A stretch of DNA of 63,143 nucleotides, counting the filler, from Sphacelaria rigidula (taxonomy: Eukaryota): the NCBI GenBank assembly GCA_964200075.2. It is 7 parts of 7 records of this genome, joined end to end, with 100 filler letters (N's around TTAATTAATTAA, not from the genome) between each part and the next. Parts side by side here need not be neighbours in the genome. Positions count along the whole stretch, not along the records: positions 1 to 8,935 come from CAXNAA020009706.1; positions 9,036 to 17,970 come from CAXNAA020009707.1; 5 more parts are not named here. One strand, given 5' to 3'. The notes beneath the pieces were generated by a model. That model worked only from the letters and a program-made list of their open reading frames with translations. It had not been told where the DNA came from and did not search any database. Shown one piece after another: positions 1 to 12,400 of this stretch. A program made the position numbers and the translations under genes. Positions within the stretch are counted from its first letter, which is position 1; each line of letters opens with the position of its first letter.

Positions 1-399
1 AGTACTGTTTTTCTACATTGGTCGAAAATAGCTCAAAAAAACTCTTCAGGCAAACTGCAGCACCTGCGTTAGCGGCCTAACGCACATCGATACTCGTCGA
101 GTGACCTGATGCTTCGCGATCCAGTTTCCTCCGAGTGTGGGTGCGGGGTTACCTCCGGCAAAGTTCGCGACTCAGCTGCTGCAAATCATCGCCGTTTCTA
201 GTCACTACATTAGTTCTCTGTGACTATGATAGGACTCAACTCTTGCCATCGTCTCGAAAACAGCATGTGCATAAAATCTTGCTTCATGTCCAGCGACGGA
301 ATCTCCCATCACTTCAGCGAACTTCGCCGACAACGTCTCACTATACGTGTGGTGATCTAATTCGTTTAATTTAGAAGGCCCGTTTCCAACCCCCGCCCG

Positions 400-461
400 C
401 CCTCCTCATTCGGGCTAAAATCTAATTTGACCCTCCTCATTCGGGCTAAAATCTAATTTGA
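400..461. repeat. Perfect 31-bp tandem duplication
   Basis: ccctcctcattcgggctaaaatctaatttga occurs twice head to tail. Confidence 0.9.
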
Positions 462-589
462 TGATATAGGACTGGTTGCTTTATATAGGCATTGTTGCTT
501 GGTCCTATGACCATATTTCTCATTAACGACTGCTGAATCGTACCGCACTACTGCTGCAGGATCTCCTGGTTTCAAGACTTGGGTATTAC

Positions 590-719
590 CGGGTGATTCT
601 CCTTCAAGATGCGCATAATGGCTCTCTCGGCGGCTTTGTCGGTCTCCGTCACCAGATCCACCCCGCTCTTCACCTGCAGCTTGGTATTATCCTCACTCTT
701 CAAAGCCGCCATGATCACC
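590..719 (-). CDS. Internal exon of an inositol monophosphatase-family gene
   Basis: Bounded on the minus strand by cag| (722-720) and |gtaat (589-585). Encodes VIMAALKSEDNTKLQVKSGVDLVTETDKAAERAIMRILKENHP, matching the IMPase N-terminal motif K..xDLVTETDxxxE..I...hP. Confidence 0.85.
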
Positions 720-950
720 CTGTGTTCACGGCGCACATATTCCATTGATCTGTTAACCGACGGCATAGTATGCTTGTTGATTTCATGGGTTGATGGTACA
801 GCGACTCTGAATGCTGTATCTTCACGGTTGCAATGATCACCCTGTGTTCACGGCGCACATATTCCATTGATCTGTTAACCGACGGTATAGTATGCTTGTT
901 GATTTCATGGGTTGATGGCACAGCGACTCTGAATGCTGTATCTTCACAGT
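711..950. repeat. ~122-bp near-identical tandem duplication covering the IMPase 3' splice site
   Basis: atgatcaccctgtgttcacggcgcac...tgtatcttcac starts at 711 and again at 833, with only a few substitutions. Confidence 0.95.
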
Positions 951-1309
951 TAGGGTTGGGGTTAGAATTAGCGTTAGATCCACGACCCCTTCGACCGCGA
1001 CGCCCTTCGGTATATTTTCATACTGCGGGATCAAATCATTCTCTATACATCAAAGACATAAAGCGTCCGTGCGTACATTTAAATTGTCTATAATGTACAC
1101 CATGGAGTCAGTCAAACGATTGAGTGCAGACCCCTAGATTGGGAAGTGACTTGATTTTTGTGTGCGAATGCTACTTCGCGGAAGGTTCCCGATTTATCGT
1201 AACCGGAAAGATTGGACGTCGAATAAAGTTGGGATCGAGAAAGTCACACTTCAGTCGATTAAATCCGCAACTTCTAGTTACGTACGTACAGTTGCTTGTG
1301 TTGATTTTT

Positions 1310-1497
1310 TTTATTAATTTCTTCTTACGACCTAGTCTGCCATGTCGTTCTGTTCGACTTTTTTCTTTTCTGTTCCTTCTTTCTTCAGAGCGTGTTTCAG
1401 TTTCGTTTTTTTTGGGTACGTCTATCATGAGACCACGGCTGGATCATGACCCCTGGGAGGTCAGTTAAAGTGCGACAATCAATCAACCAATCAATCA
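1310..1497 (+). mobile_element. 3' end of a retroposon (LINE/SINE-like) with an (ATCA)n tail
   Basis: ...atcatgagaccacgg...ccctgggaggtcagttaaagtgcgac(aatc)n. Homologous ends occur at ~32600-32760(-), ~49100-49330(-) and ~53000-53075(+). Confidence 0.65.
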
Positions 1498-3399
1498 AGT
1501 TTTCCAAGTTTTAGATTCGCAGTTACTATTTTGCATCACCGGTATGGTTGGTACAAGCGTATCTGCAGACGGGGTGATCGCACCGCCGCACGTGTGGCTG
1601 AACACCGCTTGAATTGTCATCAAGGTACGACTATGGTATGATGATACAGTACGCGGTTTTGCACTGTGTATCCAAGGGATGGCATATTTCTCAGCTATGA
1701 TCCCCCTCCCACCCCACCCCACGGGCTTGACGGCCATATGCTCGACATAATGCTAAAAATTTCATGACACGATCCTGACTGCCTCTGCACCACCAGCACG
1801 AGCGACCCAACGAAGGCAAATAACTCATCGGGTGACCAGATCTCGTCCTACACCCTTTGTATGAGATATTCAAGATCTTCACGCAACTCCAGAACTCAGC
1901 CGCCTGACTATAATAGTTATGGCGGCTATTGAATAGTGGGGATAGGCACAAGACGGGAAAAAAAGGTCTAACAACTCCGACTTTTCCTTCATTTTTTCGT
2001 TTTCTTCCCGCTGTCAAAGTGCATTCTACACCTCATCATGTCTCAAGTGTCCGTTGGTTTCCTGCCGCCTGGGAAGATCGCGCGCGTACCACACTTGCAC
2101 GCATCACCAAGCACAGCACCAGATTACACCGTTGGCTTGGTGCCGTGCCAAAACCTTATTTTGACTTCCGCCGGCGTGCGGAGCATAGGCACTGAATTTT
2201 TCGGCGAGCGACATCGCCAACTGTAGGGAGGAGCTGATTGCATCATTGTGAGAGCCAATGTCCCTGAAGTGTCACCCGGTAAAACTACTTCGAGGCGACT
2301 CTCGCAGTCAAAGGGCTAAGAGCCTCAAAATTGATAGATGACGCATAATAATAGTATGAACCTCTTCACCGCCAGGGTGGGCGATCTGGGTCGAAGATTG
2401 ATTTTCCAAGTACAAAGGATTCCGATTCAATAGATGACCCACCTTGGAGGTCGAGGGGGTTAAGAGTCCAAGATTTGATGGACGAAGCATAATCGTATAT
2501 AAACAACATAATTTTAATGAAGTCAGGCTTCGGACAAAACGGAGCAAGCCGTTGTGACATCTGCGTTGTGTTCCGTGTTTCGTAGGTTGTTGTGTCGTTT
2601 GCGCGCCCAACGGCCGTGTGGTGTGTCAATCACTAGGCAGGGGTCTCGTTTGTTTGGGGTGGAAATCACCAACGGCGGGGTCTCCAGTCTCCAGGCTATA
2701 GAAAGAGCTCAAAAAATTCGTTGGAGCTGTTCTTCGGCTATTTGATTTTGCGCGGTGGGTTGGGCGGTGGCTGTGGAAGGCCGGTAGTGGTCGAATAGGG
2801 GTACAATTTGGACACTAAAGCTGCAGGAGAAGACAAAATAGGGTACACGACAAATTTGGTAGTTTGTCTCTGGGTACTCCTACCCTCATTGTCGGACAAA
2901 AAAGGGTACTTGGAGAAGAGGCCCTTGTTTTCCGCGGTGCTGTGAGGCTTCGAGTCGGGGTTTTCTTTGCGACAGTTGTACATGCTCTATGGGCTATGGT
3001 CGGCTCGCCTTAGCGTCGGGATTGATTTCTGAGTAGTTTGGGCCTAGCACGGACGGCTCCAACTCGCGCGCTCACCTATACCTGCGTTTGGGCTGAAAAA
3101 GGTGGCGACGTACCCAATTTTGCAAGGGTCTACACGTTACACTCGTGACGTTTACGTTTCAAGTCCAAAGTCGTCAGAAGTTAAGCCAGGCTAATACTAC
3201 GGTGGGGGACCACGTGGGGAGGCGCAAGGTGACTTGACTGTTGAACAGGGTTCCGACGTGGTCCCGCCCCCCACCGTATTACTAGCCTGGCTTAATTGCC
3301 GTGAAGCGTGACACGTGTAGACCCCTGCAATTTTGTCTTTCACCCCTTTCTCTTCCTCACTCGAGTTGAAGGGCACTGTATGAGCCGCTCTCAAAACTG

Positions 3400-4360
3400 A
3401 TTAAAATGCTCTCGTCTCGGGTCGTCTGTTCCATACCACTCTGAAATCTGCTGAAAAAGCTCTTCTGAGAAACATCATCGGTCAGCGTGTCATCTCCCTC
3501 AACTTCGGCATCATTTTCATTCAGAATTTGAGTCGCCCTCATCGCTGTGTTCCGCATGGGCGTTACATCTCGAGCGTGTTTTGATCTCGTACACATGTCT
3601 CTTCCTTTTTTCACTGGTTCTGTTCAAACACCAACGGTCGGCTTGTCGTTTGTTATCTTCAGTTTCGGCATCATTTTTACAATTTGAACCGGCATCATGT
3701 CTCAAACGGCCAGTCGGATCATCGAACGAGCTGGGCTAGCCGAGAAGCGAATATGTAGCTTGCGGGCCCATTAACCGGCCAATATTTAGAGTTGGACCCT
3801 GAAATTTGGGTACGGACAATGAATAGGGCATAATAAAAACAAATACCAGTGCACACAAGTTTTTTTTTTCCATGAGTTAAGGGCAAAATACTGGCCCAAA
3901 CTTTGGAGCGGGTGCGCACCTTCCCTTTGATGAAAAGATTAATACGATATGCGGATCATGGGTCAACTCGTCCGTGTCGATGAGGTATTGCTTTGAGAGC
4001 TTAAATCCATGTCCAGGCTGGTCCAGCTCGTAGTATCATCTTATCCCCAAATTATCTTCACCCTGGTGGAAATGCTCTCGTCCAGGGTCTTCAGTTTTGT
4101 ACCGCTCTGACATCTGCGGGAAAAGCTCTGAGAAACACTAACATGTGCGTTCTGTTCATGCTTGGGTTTGGAGTACATTAGCTTCACGCGCCATGTTCTG
4201 CATGGGCGTTACACCTCGAGCGTGTTTCGATCTTGCACGCATGTCTCTTCCGTTTCTGCTGTTTCTCTTCTGCTGCTTTGGCGGGGTTGTTCTTCATCAT
4301 GAGCGGTCGCCCGATGCAACGGTTTTTCCAGCTTTTTCAAATTTGAATCGGCATCATTTG
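3400..4360. repeat. Two diverged direct copies (~3400-3700 and ~4070-4360) of a transposon-like repeat
   Basis: Shared blocks aaatgctctcgtc, aaaagctc..tgagaaaca, gcatgggcgttaca.ctcgagcgtgtt and tttgaa.cggcatcat. The last motif also occurs at ~4745 and in the arms of the 29556 piggyBac MITE. Confidence 0.7.
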
Positions 4361-5149
4361 TTGATTCGTTATTGTTGATGTTTTTGTTGTTGTCATCACA
4401 TTCAAAACAATTCCAATATGTGCGAAGTACACGTCTACCTCCGCAGTGCGCATCTGATGTGGACGCCGGTCACAAGCTAACTACCCAAAGAACAGGAAAA
4501 GGAAGTCAGAAAGAGGTCAAATAGAAATCGGAAAAAATAAAATAATTTCCGCACCCTGGACACGATATTACAGTCAAAGAATGTACTGCGTACAGTATGG
4601 AATCTGCTGTCTACCGCGATAGACGCAATAGTCGATACTGTACGCGGTACAATTTTTGGCAACACAAGCTACTTTGTCTCATGTGTGAATCACGTACAAC
4701 GGTTGTTGCAACACTTTCTTGATCGGAATTATTTTCACTGTAAATTTGAATCGGCATCATGTCAGAAATGTCAGCCGGGTCAGTGCAGTGTCACTTTCCC
4801 CCCATCACTCCTCACAGGGCACTTCATGGGCTGTCTTCATTTGCTTCTAGGGTGCGCCTGTTGTGGTGTCATTTTGTTCTCGACAGCTCCCTGATCCTCC
4901 CAACGGGTGCTGGTCCTTTCTGTACGTGTGCTGCGCGCTCGTCTCAACCGTTTCTCATTGAATCCTGAAAACATTTCGCACGCCAAATACCTTAATGGGC
5001 GACCTCAAGATCACTTTTTATTAGTGCACTCATCTGGATCATGAGCACGCTTACTTGAATCCTCACAGCCCTGGACGGCGAGCACGCGGATAGCGCAAAG
5101 GTACCGCTTTGGCTTCTCAGACCCTGCAGTGTCTTACCTTGTATTTTTT

Positions 5150-7030
5150 GGAAAATTGATCTGAGACCAACTTTCGAAGGAACGCATTTTGATTTTGTGG
5201 AGACCCAAATCTGTGCAAAATCGGGGAGACTCATACTTGCGAAAATCGGATCCGTGGGGATCGTTTTTATAGTCTCACAGATTTGTGAGATACTTCTGTA
5301 CACGGACGGTCATTTTCTGCGTGAGTGGGGTATCGCGTCCTAGTGAAGCCGAACAGCAGGCAGGTGGTGAATAATCCTGCGAGTACGGTGTCATGCCGTG
5401 GTACACTAGGATTATACAGTGCAGGACACCACGTCATCACAGTACAAGATAATATCGTGTGGTAATACATGATGACACCGTCGGTATCGCTGGAACCGTG
5501 AGCAGAGTGCGAGAAAAGTTTGGTAATGCAATGCCATACATCACCCTGCGAGTACAACGAAAACAGAGTAGGATAGTACAGTACCGTTTGTTATGGTGAT
5601 ACACACGGCAGCGCAGTGCAGCATAAAATATTACCATCGCCGCAGGGTACGGCGCCGACACTTATTATCTGCTTGTCAAAACCCGCGCGAAACTCCTCCA
5701 GCAGCTGGCGCGGGCAGGCACACCCTGTGCTGTCACGAGACCGTCTGCTGCTGCAGTTGCACAAAATATCAAACGCCTCTCACCCTACCATCGTACGTCA
5801 ATGTACGTACCATAGGTTGCATAAGGTATCACACCCGTGTGATGACATTTCGGGCGTGAAAAAACTTACAGTGTGATACTCGTATTGTGTATGGAGTGTG
5901 TTATCTTCTTTCACTGGAACCCATGCGTTTTAAAAAAATAGCACACGGGGTTAAAATAATGGCTCCCGGGTGTGGTATTGTGCAATTTGTCGAAGGGGGT
6001 GTGGTATCTCATGAAGGTGTGATATCTTCTGCAACGTACGGGGTGCCTTCCTCAAAATCGGGGGAACCTCAACTTTTCGAATCGTGACATCCCGATTTTC
6101 GATTCCTCGGTTTGACCTATATTGGGGTCCATGAAATGCGTTTCCCGATTTTAGGTACCTCGATCTGCGTACAATTAGACCACTCTGTATGGCAGCCAAC
6201 CCCGAATCTGGCGGGACTCGAATTTGTGCCAAATCGGGGGGACCCAGATTCGTGAAACTCAGATTCGTGTGTACCCCTGTATGGCTTGGCTTTAAAGATT
6301 TTTGTTGAAATTGTTCTGAACACGAACGTTCATTTTCTGGGCGGGTGTGGTTTCACAGTAGTGAAGCCGAAGAGCAGGCAGGCAGGGAACCATCCTTCAA
6401 GAGCGGCGTCGTACCATGGTACCCTAGGGTATAATGTTGTGAAGCACACCGCACAATCACAGTACACGATAATGCCGTGTGGTAATATATGATACACTTG
6501 GTATTGCGAGAACAGTGCACAGTGTGCGACAAGAGTTCACGAGTGCAGTGTCATTCATTACCCTGCAAGTGCCGCGACAGCAGAGTGTATGTAGGATAGT
6601 ACATTACCGTTCGTCATGATGATACATACAGCAATACAATGCAGCATAAAAAATTGACATAACCGCAGGTACGGCGGCAACACTTCTTATCCGCTTGTCA
6701 AACCCCGTGCGGAGCTGCTCCAGCAGCCGGCGCTCGCAGGCACCGTCTGTGCAGTCACGAGTATGTCTGCCGCTGTTGTTACAAAAATACCAAACGCCTG
6801 TTGCCCCATCACTGTACGTCAACATACGTACGTCAGTTGCTACAGATTCGGGGGACCTCGATTTCCCACGGATCTGTGCTCAGATTCGTGTAAAACCGTT
6901 CTCAAATCGTGACAAACGAATCTGGGCTCCCCCGATTGGTGCCAAATTGGGGTCCGTACAATGCGTTTCCGGATCTGAGGTCCCCCGATCTGCGTACAGA
7001 TCCGTTTTTACTACTGCCATACAAAGTGGT
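5150..7030. repeat. Diverged tandem array with a ~0.8-1 kb unit
   Basis: 5340-5810 aligns by eye with 6358-6830 (tagtgaagccgaa.agcaggcagg ... gtacgtcaa..tacgtac). 6055-6180 aligns with 6847-7000 (ttggggtcc...atgcgtttcc...cgatctgcgtaca). Confidence 0.75.
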
Positions 7031-7984
7031 CTTATGGGCACAGAACCCATACATGGGGATGATTTTGTAGTGAATTCAATTATTGCGCGAAGCGCGATTA
7101 TGGCCGAGCGGTCAAGATCGGCACCCGGCAAACACTGAGGACCCGTTCAAAACCAGCCGAACACCCAAAACATGGAACACGTCCTGTTTCACTAGTGCAG
7201 CACAAACACACTAACGTCCGCTCTCATGTGCTGAAGCTATCAATGTTCTGTAGCGTGGTCAGACCTTGCGAAGACGGTTTGGTCTCCGCTGAGACTGCTT
7301 GAGGTGCTGCACGGTTGTGTTCGTCTCTCTGTGAATATACAGTATCAGCCGGGACGCAGGGCTGTATAAACACTTGACTGTTTAAAAATTTTCATGTCAG
7401 CCGGATCCATCACTTGCGCGATACCGAACATGGCTGGCTGAAGACACACAACCAGCGCCGGTATACACCGCTCGACCGGCTGAGCCAGACCCCGTGCTCC
7501 GATGAAGGGAGCGACGCACAGCACAGTGCGGGTACACTGCACCGCCAGGGTACTGCTTGCATCCGTGAGCATGGCGGCTGCTGCCGCTGGCATCCGCGCC
7601 AGCGCTCGCGGCCACAACAAGACACAACCAGCCATACCAAGATGGGGACATACCGACACGCGGGCATCGCAATAATCCACGGCGGCGGCAATGTATCACT
7701 CGTTGTCTGTTCGTCTGCTTGCAGCTTCGTTTCTCTGCTGTTATAATATCTGTCCCGGCGTACACTACACGTGTGACTTCAGTTTGCGAGCCAACCACAA
7801 GCATTTTTCACTTCATACTTCACCACGAAGGTCGCATTTTATTGGCGCTAGATTCCGCCGATTCCTCACTCAAGGGCCTCTGACTGGTTGACTCTCACTT
7901 TCCACTATTATATCAACTCTTTTGGAACCCTCCCATCCCGTCCCCGGGCCAGACGCCTCATTATTTCAAGTTGTGACAAAGAAG

Positions 7985-8660
7985 GAAATATGGAAACAGA
8001 AAAGGCCGACGGCAACCATTTTTACTGTGGAAGACCAAAGGAGACTCCAGAAGCATACATCATGGATGTACCGAAAATGAAACCCAGGAGCGGTCAATTT
8101 GGGTTTGTCCAACAATATCGCGCAACGGGCGACGTGTCCAATTGTATGCATCGACAAAACTCTCGCAAAACAGTACAAACTCCCATAAGTGTGATTTTTG
8201 TCAGTGAGAAGCTGTGAACTACCCAGTCAAGTGCCACTTCGTGCCTTTCGACCGCATGTTTTCGATCGAACGCGATTGTTTTTCACCTCGAGTAATTGTT
8301 CTCCGCGCACCGCTAGTTCCAATTTTGAGTTCAAACCTCCTGGGAACATAAATGCGGTCGACCTATCAAATCGGCAAAAAAGATAGACTGCACTTTTTCG
8401 ATCGGAAAAAAAGTGTCAAGACACCCCCTGACACCAGCCCCGAGATGGCAACAGTACGGTGTTCCAGAGCCTCCCCCATCACAAAACACCGACGCGGGGA
8501 GACTCGAAAACTATTTCCGGGGAGTAAGGGGCGTGGTCGTTGTGGCGTCCGTGAACGGCAAATAAGCAGGAAAAGAGCCGAGTGTGTGGATGCCATGGTT
8601 GGAGTTCGCGCGTCGAATTCCTTGAGCGCGATGTGTCGCATCAGGCATTGTAGAAAGCGA
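7985..8660 (+). pseudogene. Possible decayed piggyBac-like DDE transposase C-terminal fragment
   Basis: NAVDLSNRQKR resembles the third-acidic-residue motif. GRGRCGVRERQISRKRAECVDAMVGVRASNSLSAMCRIRHC resembles a degenerate C-terminal Cys-rich domain. Frameshifted and matched by eye only. Confidence 0.3.
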
Positions 8661-8935
8661 TGGCCTAGCACAGGTACGTCCTCGGCCGATCGGTGGCCCA
8701 AGGAAGGTAGGATTGAAAAATAATTCCTAGATCAGGTATATACCTGGCCGAAGTTCGGCCTAGAAAGGAGAAGCGGTTCCTCAAGGCGAGACGTTCGTTG
8801 TCGCGTGGCCATATATCTCGAGTAACACGTTTCCCCCCCGTTTTTTCTCGAAGCCCGGGTGTCAAGCTTCCCCCCCCCGCCGCCGCTGTGCCTAGCTCGT
8901 GGAGCGCGCCGTGAATGCTGAAGCACACTAATAGC

Positions 8936-9035
8936 NNNNNNNNNNNNNNNNNNNNNNNNNNNNNNNNNNNNNNNNNNNNTTAATTAATTAANNNNNNNNN
9001 NNNNNNNNNNNNNNNNNNNNNNNNNNNNNNNNNNN
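8936..9035. other. Artificial contig spacer
   Basis: N44-TTAATTAATTAA-N44; the 12-mer gives stop codons in all six frames. Confidence 0.98.
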
Positions 9036-9479
9036 AAAGCACTGTTTTAGGCTTGAACCTCATCTCGGAGTTAAACCTCAATTCGCACAATTTGTTGTTA
9101 ACCTTATTCTTCCAAGCCATGCTCTCTCTTTTTGTTATGCAGAAGGACAACCTGTTGTAACAAAAAGAGAGGGCAACAGGTTATCCAAGTTACGGCGGGG
9201 CCCCTCGCCAACTCTGTCGCCGACTTGGAGCTCGCCATGACCGCCATGTGTTCGTCTGTCGTGTGGGGCGGCGATGCCTCCATCCCACGTCTCCCTTGGG
9301 ACAGAGACGTAGCTCGGAAGGGCTTTGGTCGGCCATTGAAGGTAGGTACCAAGGTTCATATTCAAGGTAGGTACCGTGTTCTGGGGGACCGGGATGAGGG
9401 TGTACTCATGATCTTGAAGTCGTAGTCATCAGACCATTGACCTCGCATCCCTACGAAGCTGGGACGGAGCACGCAGGGT

Positions 9480-12400
9480 ATGTTCAACGTCGGAAACATT
9501 TGAGCAAGCTGTGCTTATTAAGTTGCAGCACGAGACCAAGTAGAAGGCCGACCCCTACCTGGTGATGGACACCGTCGTCGCCGAGGCCAAGAAATGGAGA
9601 AAGATAGAGGTGTTCGGCCAGTCGTCCACCTCCACGCCGAAGTCGTGTAAGCAACCACGGCTCGTAATCGGCCGGCCGCGCCGCGACCATCACCTACCAC
9701 CACTGTGGCCGGGTCGGCCATTACGCGCGCGATTGCTCAACGTCTTCGGGTGGAGAGTCTGGGCAGTCTCATGCCGCGTGCCATCAGCATCGACAGCACA
9801 AGGGCAAAGTACAAGGTGATTGGGGTGGGGGCGGCGGCGATTCCTCCGGCGGTGGAGGATCGCAGTCGAGTTCTCAGAATCAGCATTAGCATCAGCATCT
9901 GCTGCTGCAGCAGTAGGGGCGTCGGCATGGGTCTGGTTCTGGGTCCGGCGCGGCGGTAGGTGCTGCTGCTCCGCAACGAGCGGTGCAGGTGGGACCGCCT
10001 TCTACAGTGTCGAAGATCGCACCGGCGCCGGTGATGGCGCCGGTGACGACACCGGCGGTAGCGCCAGGCACGACGCCTGCTACTGGTCGGAGTTTCGCCA
10101 AATCCTTGGTCTGCTGGCTGGGGGACGTACCCGCCGGCGGTGCCATTTCAACCTGCCGGGGCGTCTTCGCCAGCGCAACTTGCGCAGCCGTGGCGCCAAG
10201 TGGGATTAGCGGCGCATCGATCGGTGGATGATTTGCCAGTGGAGTTTGCGGACAAGTACGTTCCTGCGAAGCTGTGTATTCCAAATCAACGGGAGCGTGG
10301 AGCCATTGCGGTTCGGGCAGTGTTGAGTTATGGCGCCCACTTCACGAGTCTGTTGGTGCAGATTATAGAGGTGTAGGAGCGTCTTCTGCCGGGTGTGCCG
10401 CTGCGCATGCCGTTTTCGCTCGGGGTGCGGTGGGTCGTCACCGCATCGGGTCAGCATGTTTCCCCCACGGAGTGTACTGTTCCGCTGCAGCTGGCTTTCA
10501 CGGCTTCCTGCGGATCGGCGCCCTTGCCTGCGATCTCGTTTGCTATCATGCCGGGGTCGGATGGCGTCATTCTTCTGGGGTTGCCGATGCTCCAGGATCT
10601 TGGAGTTGACCCGTATGTGCGCTTGCGGGACTCCATGAAGACGCGGATGTCTCCGCCTGGTCCGCACGTGGAAGCGCCCGACTTTTTGGGCAGCGTCGCG
10701 TGAGCTTGTCGGTGGATGCTTTTCAGGAGGCTGGGGGGCAGGTGACCGAGGAGAGGGATGAGGCGGTGAAACGCTTGGGGGAGCGCGGCCCGGAGATATT
10801 CATGAATCTGGCGAAAGAGGAGTCCGCTCGGGAGGTCACGCTGGAGGAGAGCGTGACAGATGCTGGGGCGAAAAGCCTCAGCGTCTCGAAAGCGAAACGC
10901 CTGCGCGGCATCTTACATCGCCGCATCAACGCGTTTCGTCGTGCGCTGCGGGGTGATCCCCCTGCGCGCGATGAGCCCATGCTTGTTCAGCTAAAATGTG
11001 GGGCGTTCGCGGTGAAGACGAAGCCGCGGCAGTACGATCCGGTGAAGTCGAGTTGATTGGCGTCGTACATGGCGGCTCTTTTGGCGCTCGGGTTGGTGAT
11101 TCGGAAATTGCAGGCGGTGTGGTCCAGTCCGCCGATTGCGGTTTCGAAGAAGGATTCGTTCCGCCTGGTAAGCGACTACAAGGTCGTGAATGAGCAGGTT
11201 GAGAAGTCGCTGGGTGTGATGCCTACCCAAGCGTCGGACATGCGTGATTTGTTGAGTGCTCGTTTTTTTGACAAGTTGGACCTCCTCCAAGGTTATTGGA
11301 AGATGCCGTTGACGGAGGAGGCGGGGGAAATGTTCCCCATCACAACTACGCTTGGCTTGTTTGCCCCGAAGCGAGTGCCGCAAGGCGTGCTGAGTGCCAC
11401 GGCATATTTTCAAGGCATCATGACAGAAGTTCTCGTCGGCGTAAACTGCAAGATATGGGTGGATGATGTGTTTTTCTTCACGGACACAGCAGACGAACTT
11501 TTGGACACGCTTGATGCTATGTTGGCTCGTTCAGAGAGTATTGACTTGTTTGCGGCTGCGCACAAGCATACCTTTTTCGCTGGTGAATTCGTGTGGTGTG
11601 GGAAAGTGTACTCACACGGACGCGCATCTCATAACCCTGTCAGATTGCAAGGCTTGTCTGGCATGCGGCGCCCGGAGACGGCCGCAGAACTCATGCGATC
11701 CCTTCAGGCCGTGAATTAGCTGCGTACCTCGTTGCCGCGTATGGCAGAAATCGTAGCTCTCTTGCGTTTTTTCCTCAAAGCACTCATGGGAAGTGCTGCG
11801 AGGCGGACGAAGCGTGTGACAAAAAACCGCGCTATTCCGCCTGCATCGTGGACGGAGGTCAGGTTGCAGGCGTGGGCGGCAGCGAAGGGTCTGGTGGCTC
11901 ATCCCGTGACGCTATTGCACCCTCGTCCTGATTGTCAGGTGTTCATGTTCCCGGATGCATCTGAGTGCCATCGGAGTAATTTTGTCACGCAGGTGCCTGA
12001 AGTTGGAATCCAACGACGCTTGCCAGTCGAGGATATGACGCTTGAACCACTGGCTTTCATCAGTGGTAGTTTCAAGGGTTCGCAGCTGCGTTGGGTCACA
12101 ATTGATGAGGAAGGTTTTGCTATTGTGAGCACATTTCGTCGTTTGGAGCATCTTTCGTGGAATGGCGTGCATAGTTTTACAGGTCGCCGAAATCTCGTGA
12201 ATATTTTCAACCCCGAAGCGTGCGTTACGTCCGTGTCCAAGGCGTTCGCACAACGTTCGGAGGGGTGGAAAGGTGTTTGCGGCCAGTATCGTTACTCGAT
12301 TTGCCATATTTCGGGTGACCGTAACGCGTGGGGTGACTTACTCTTGCGTTGGGTGAATATTCCGGCTTTGTCTGTGCGCGCTGTGGCTGTGTATGGTCCG

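Noticed and set aside
8980..8991. Periodic TTAATTAATTAA palindrome every ~9035 nt
   Set aside because: Always embedded in N44 runs; an assembly linker, not biology.
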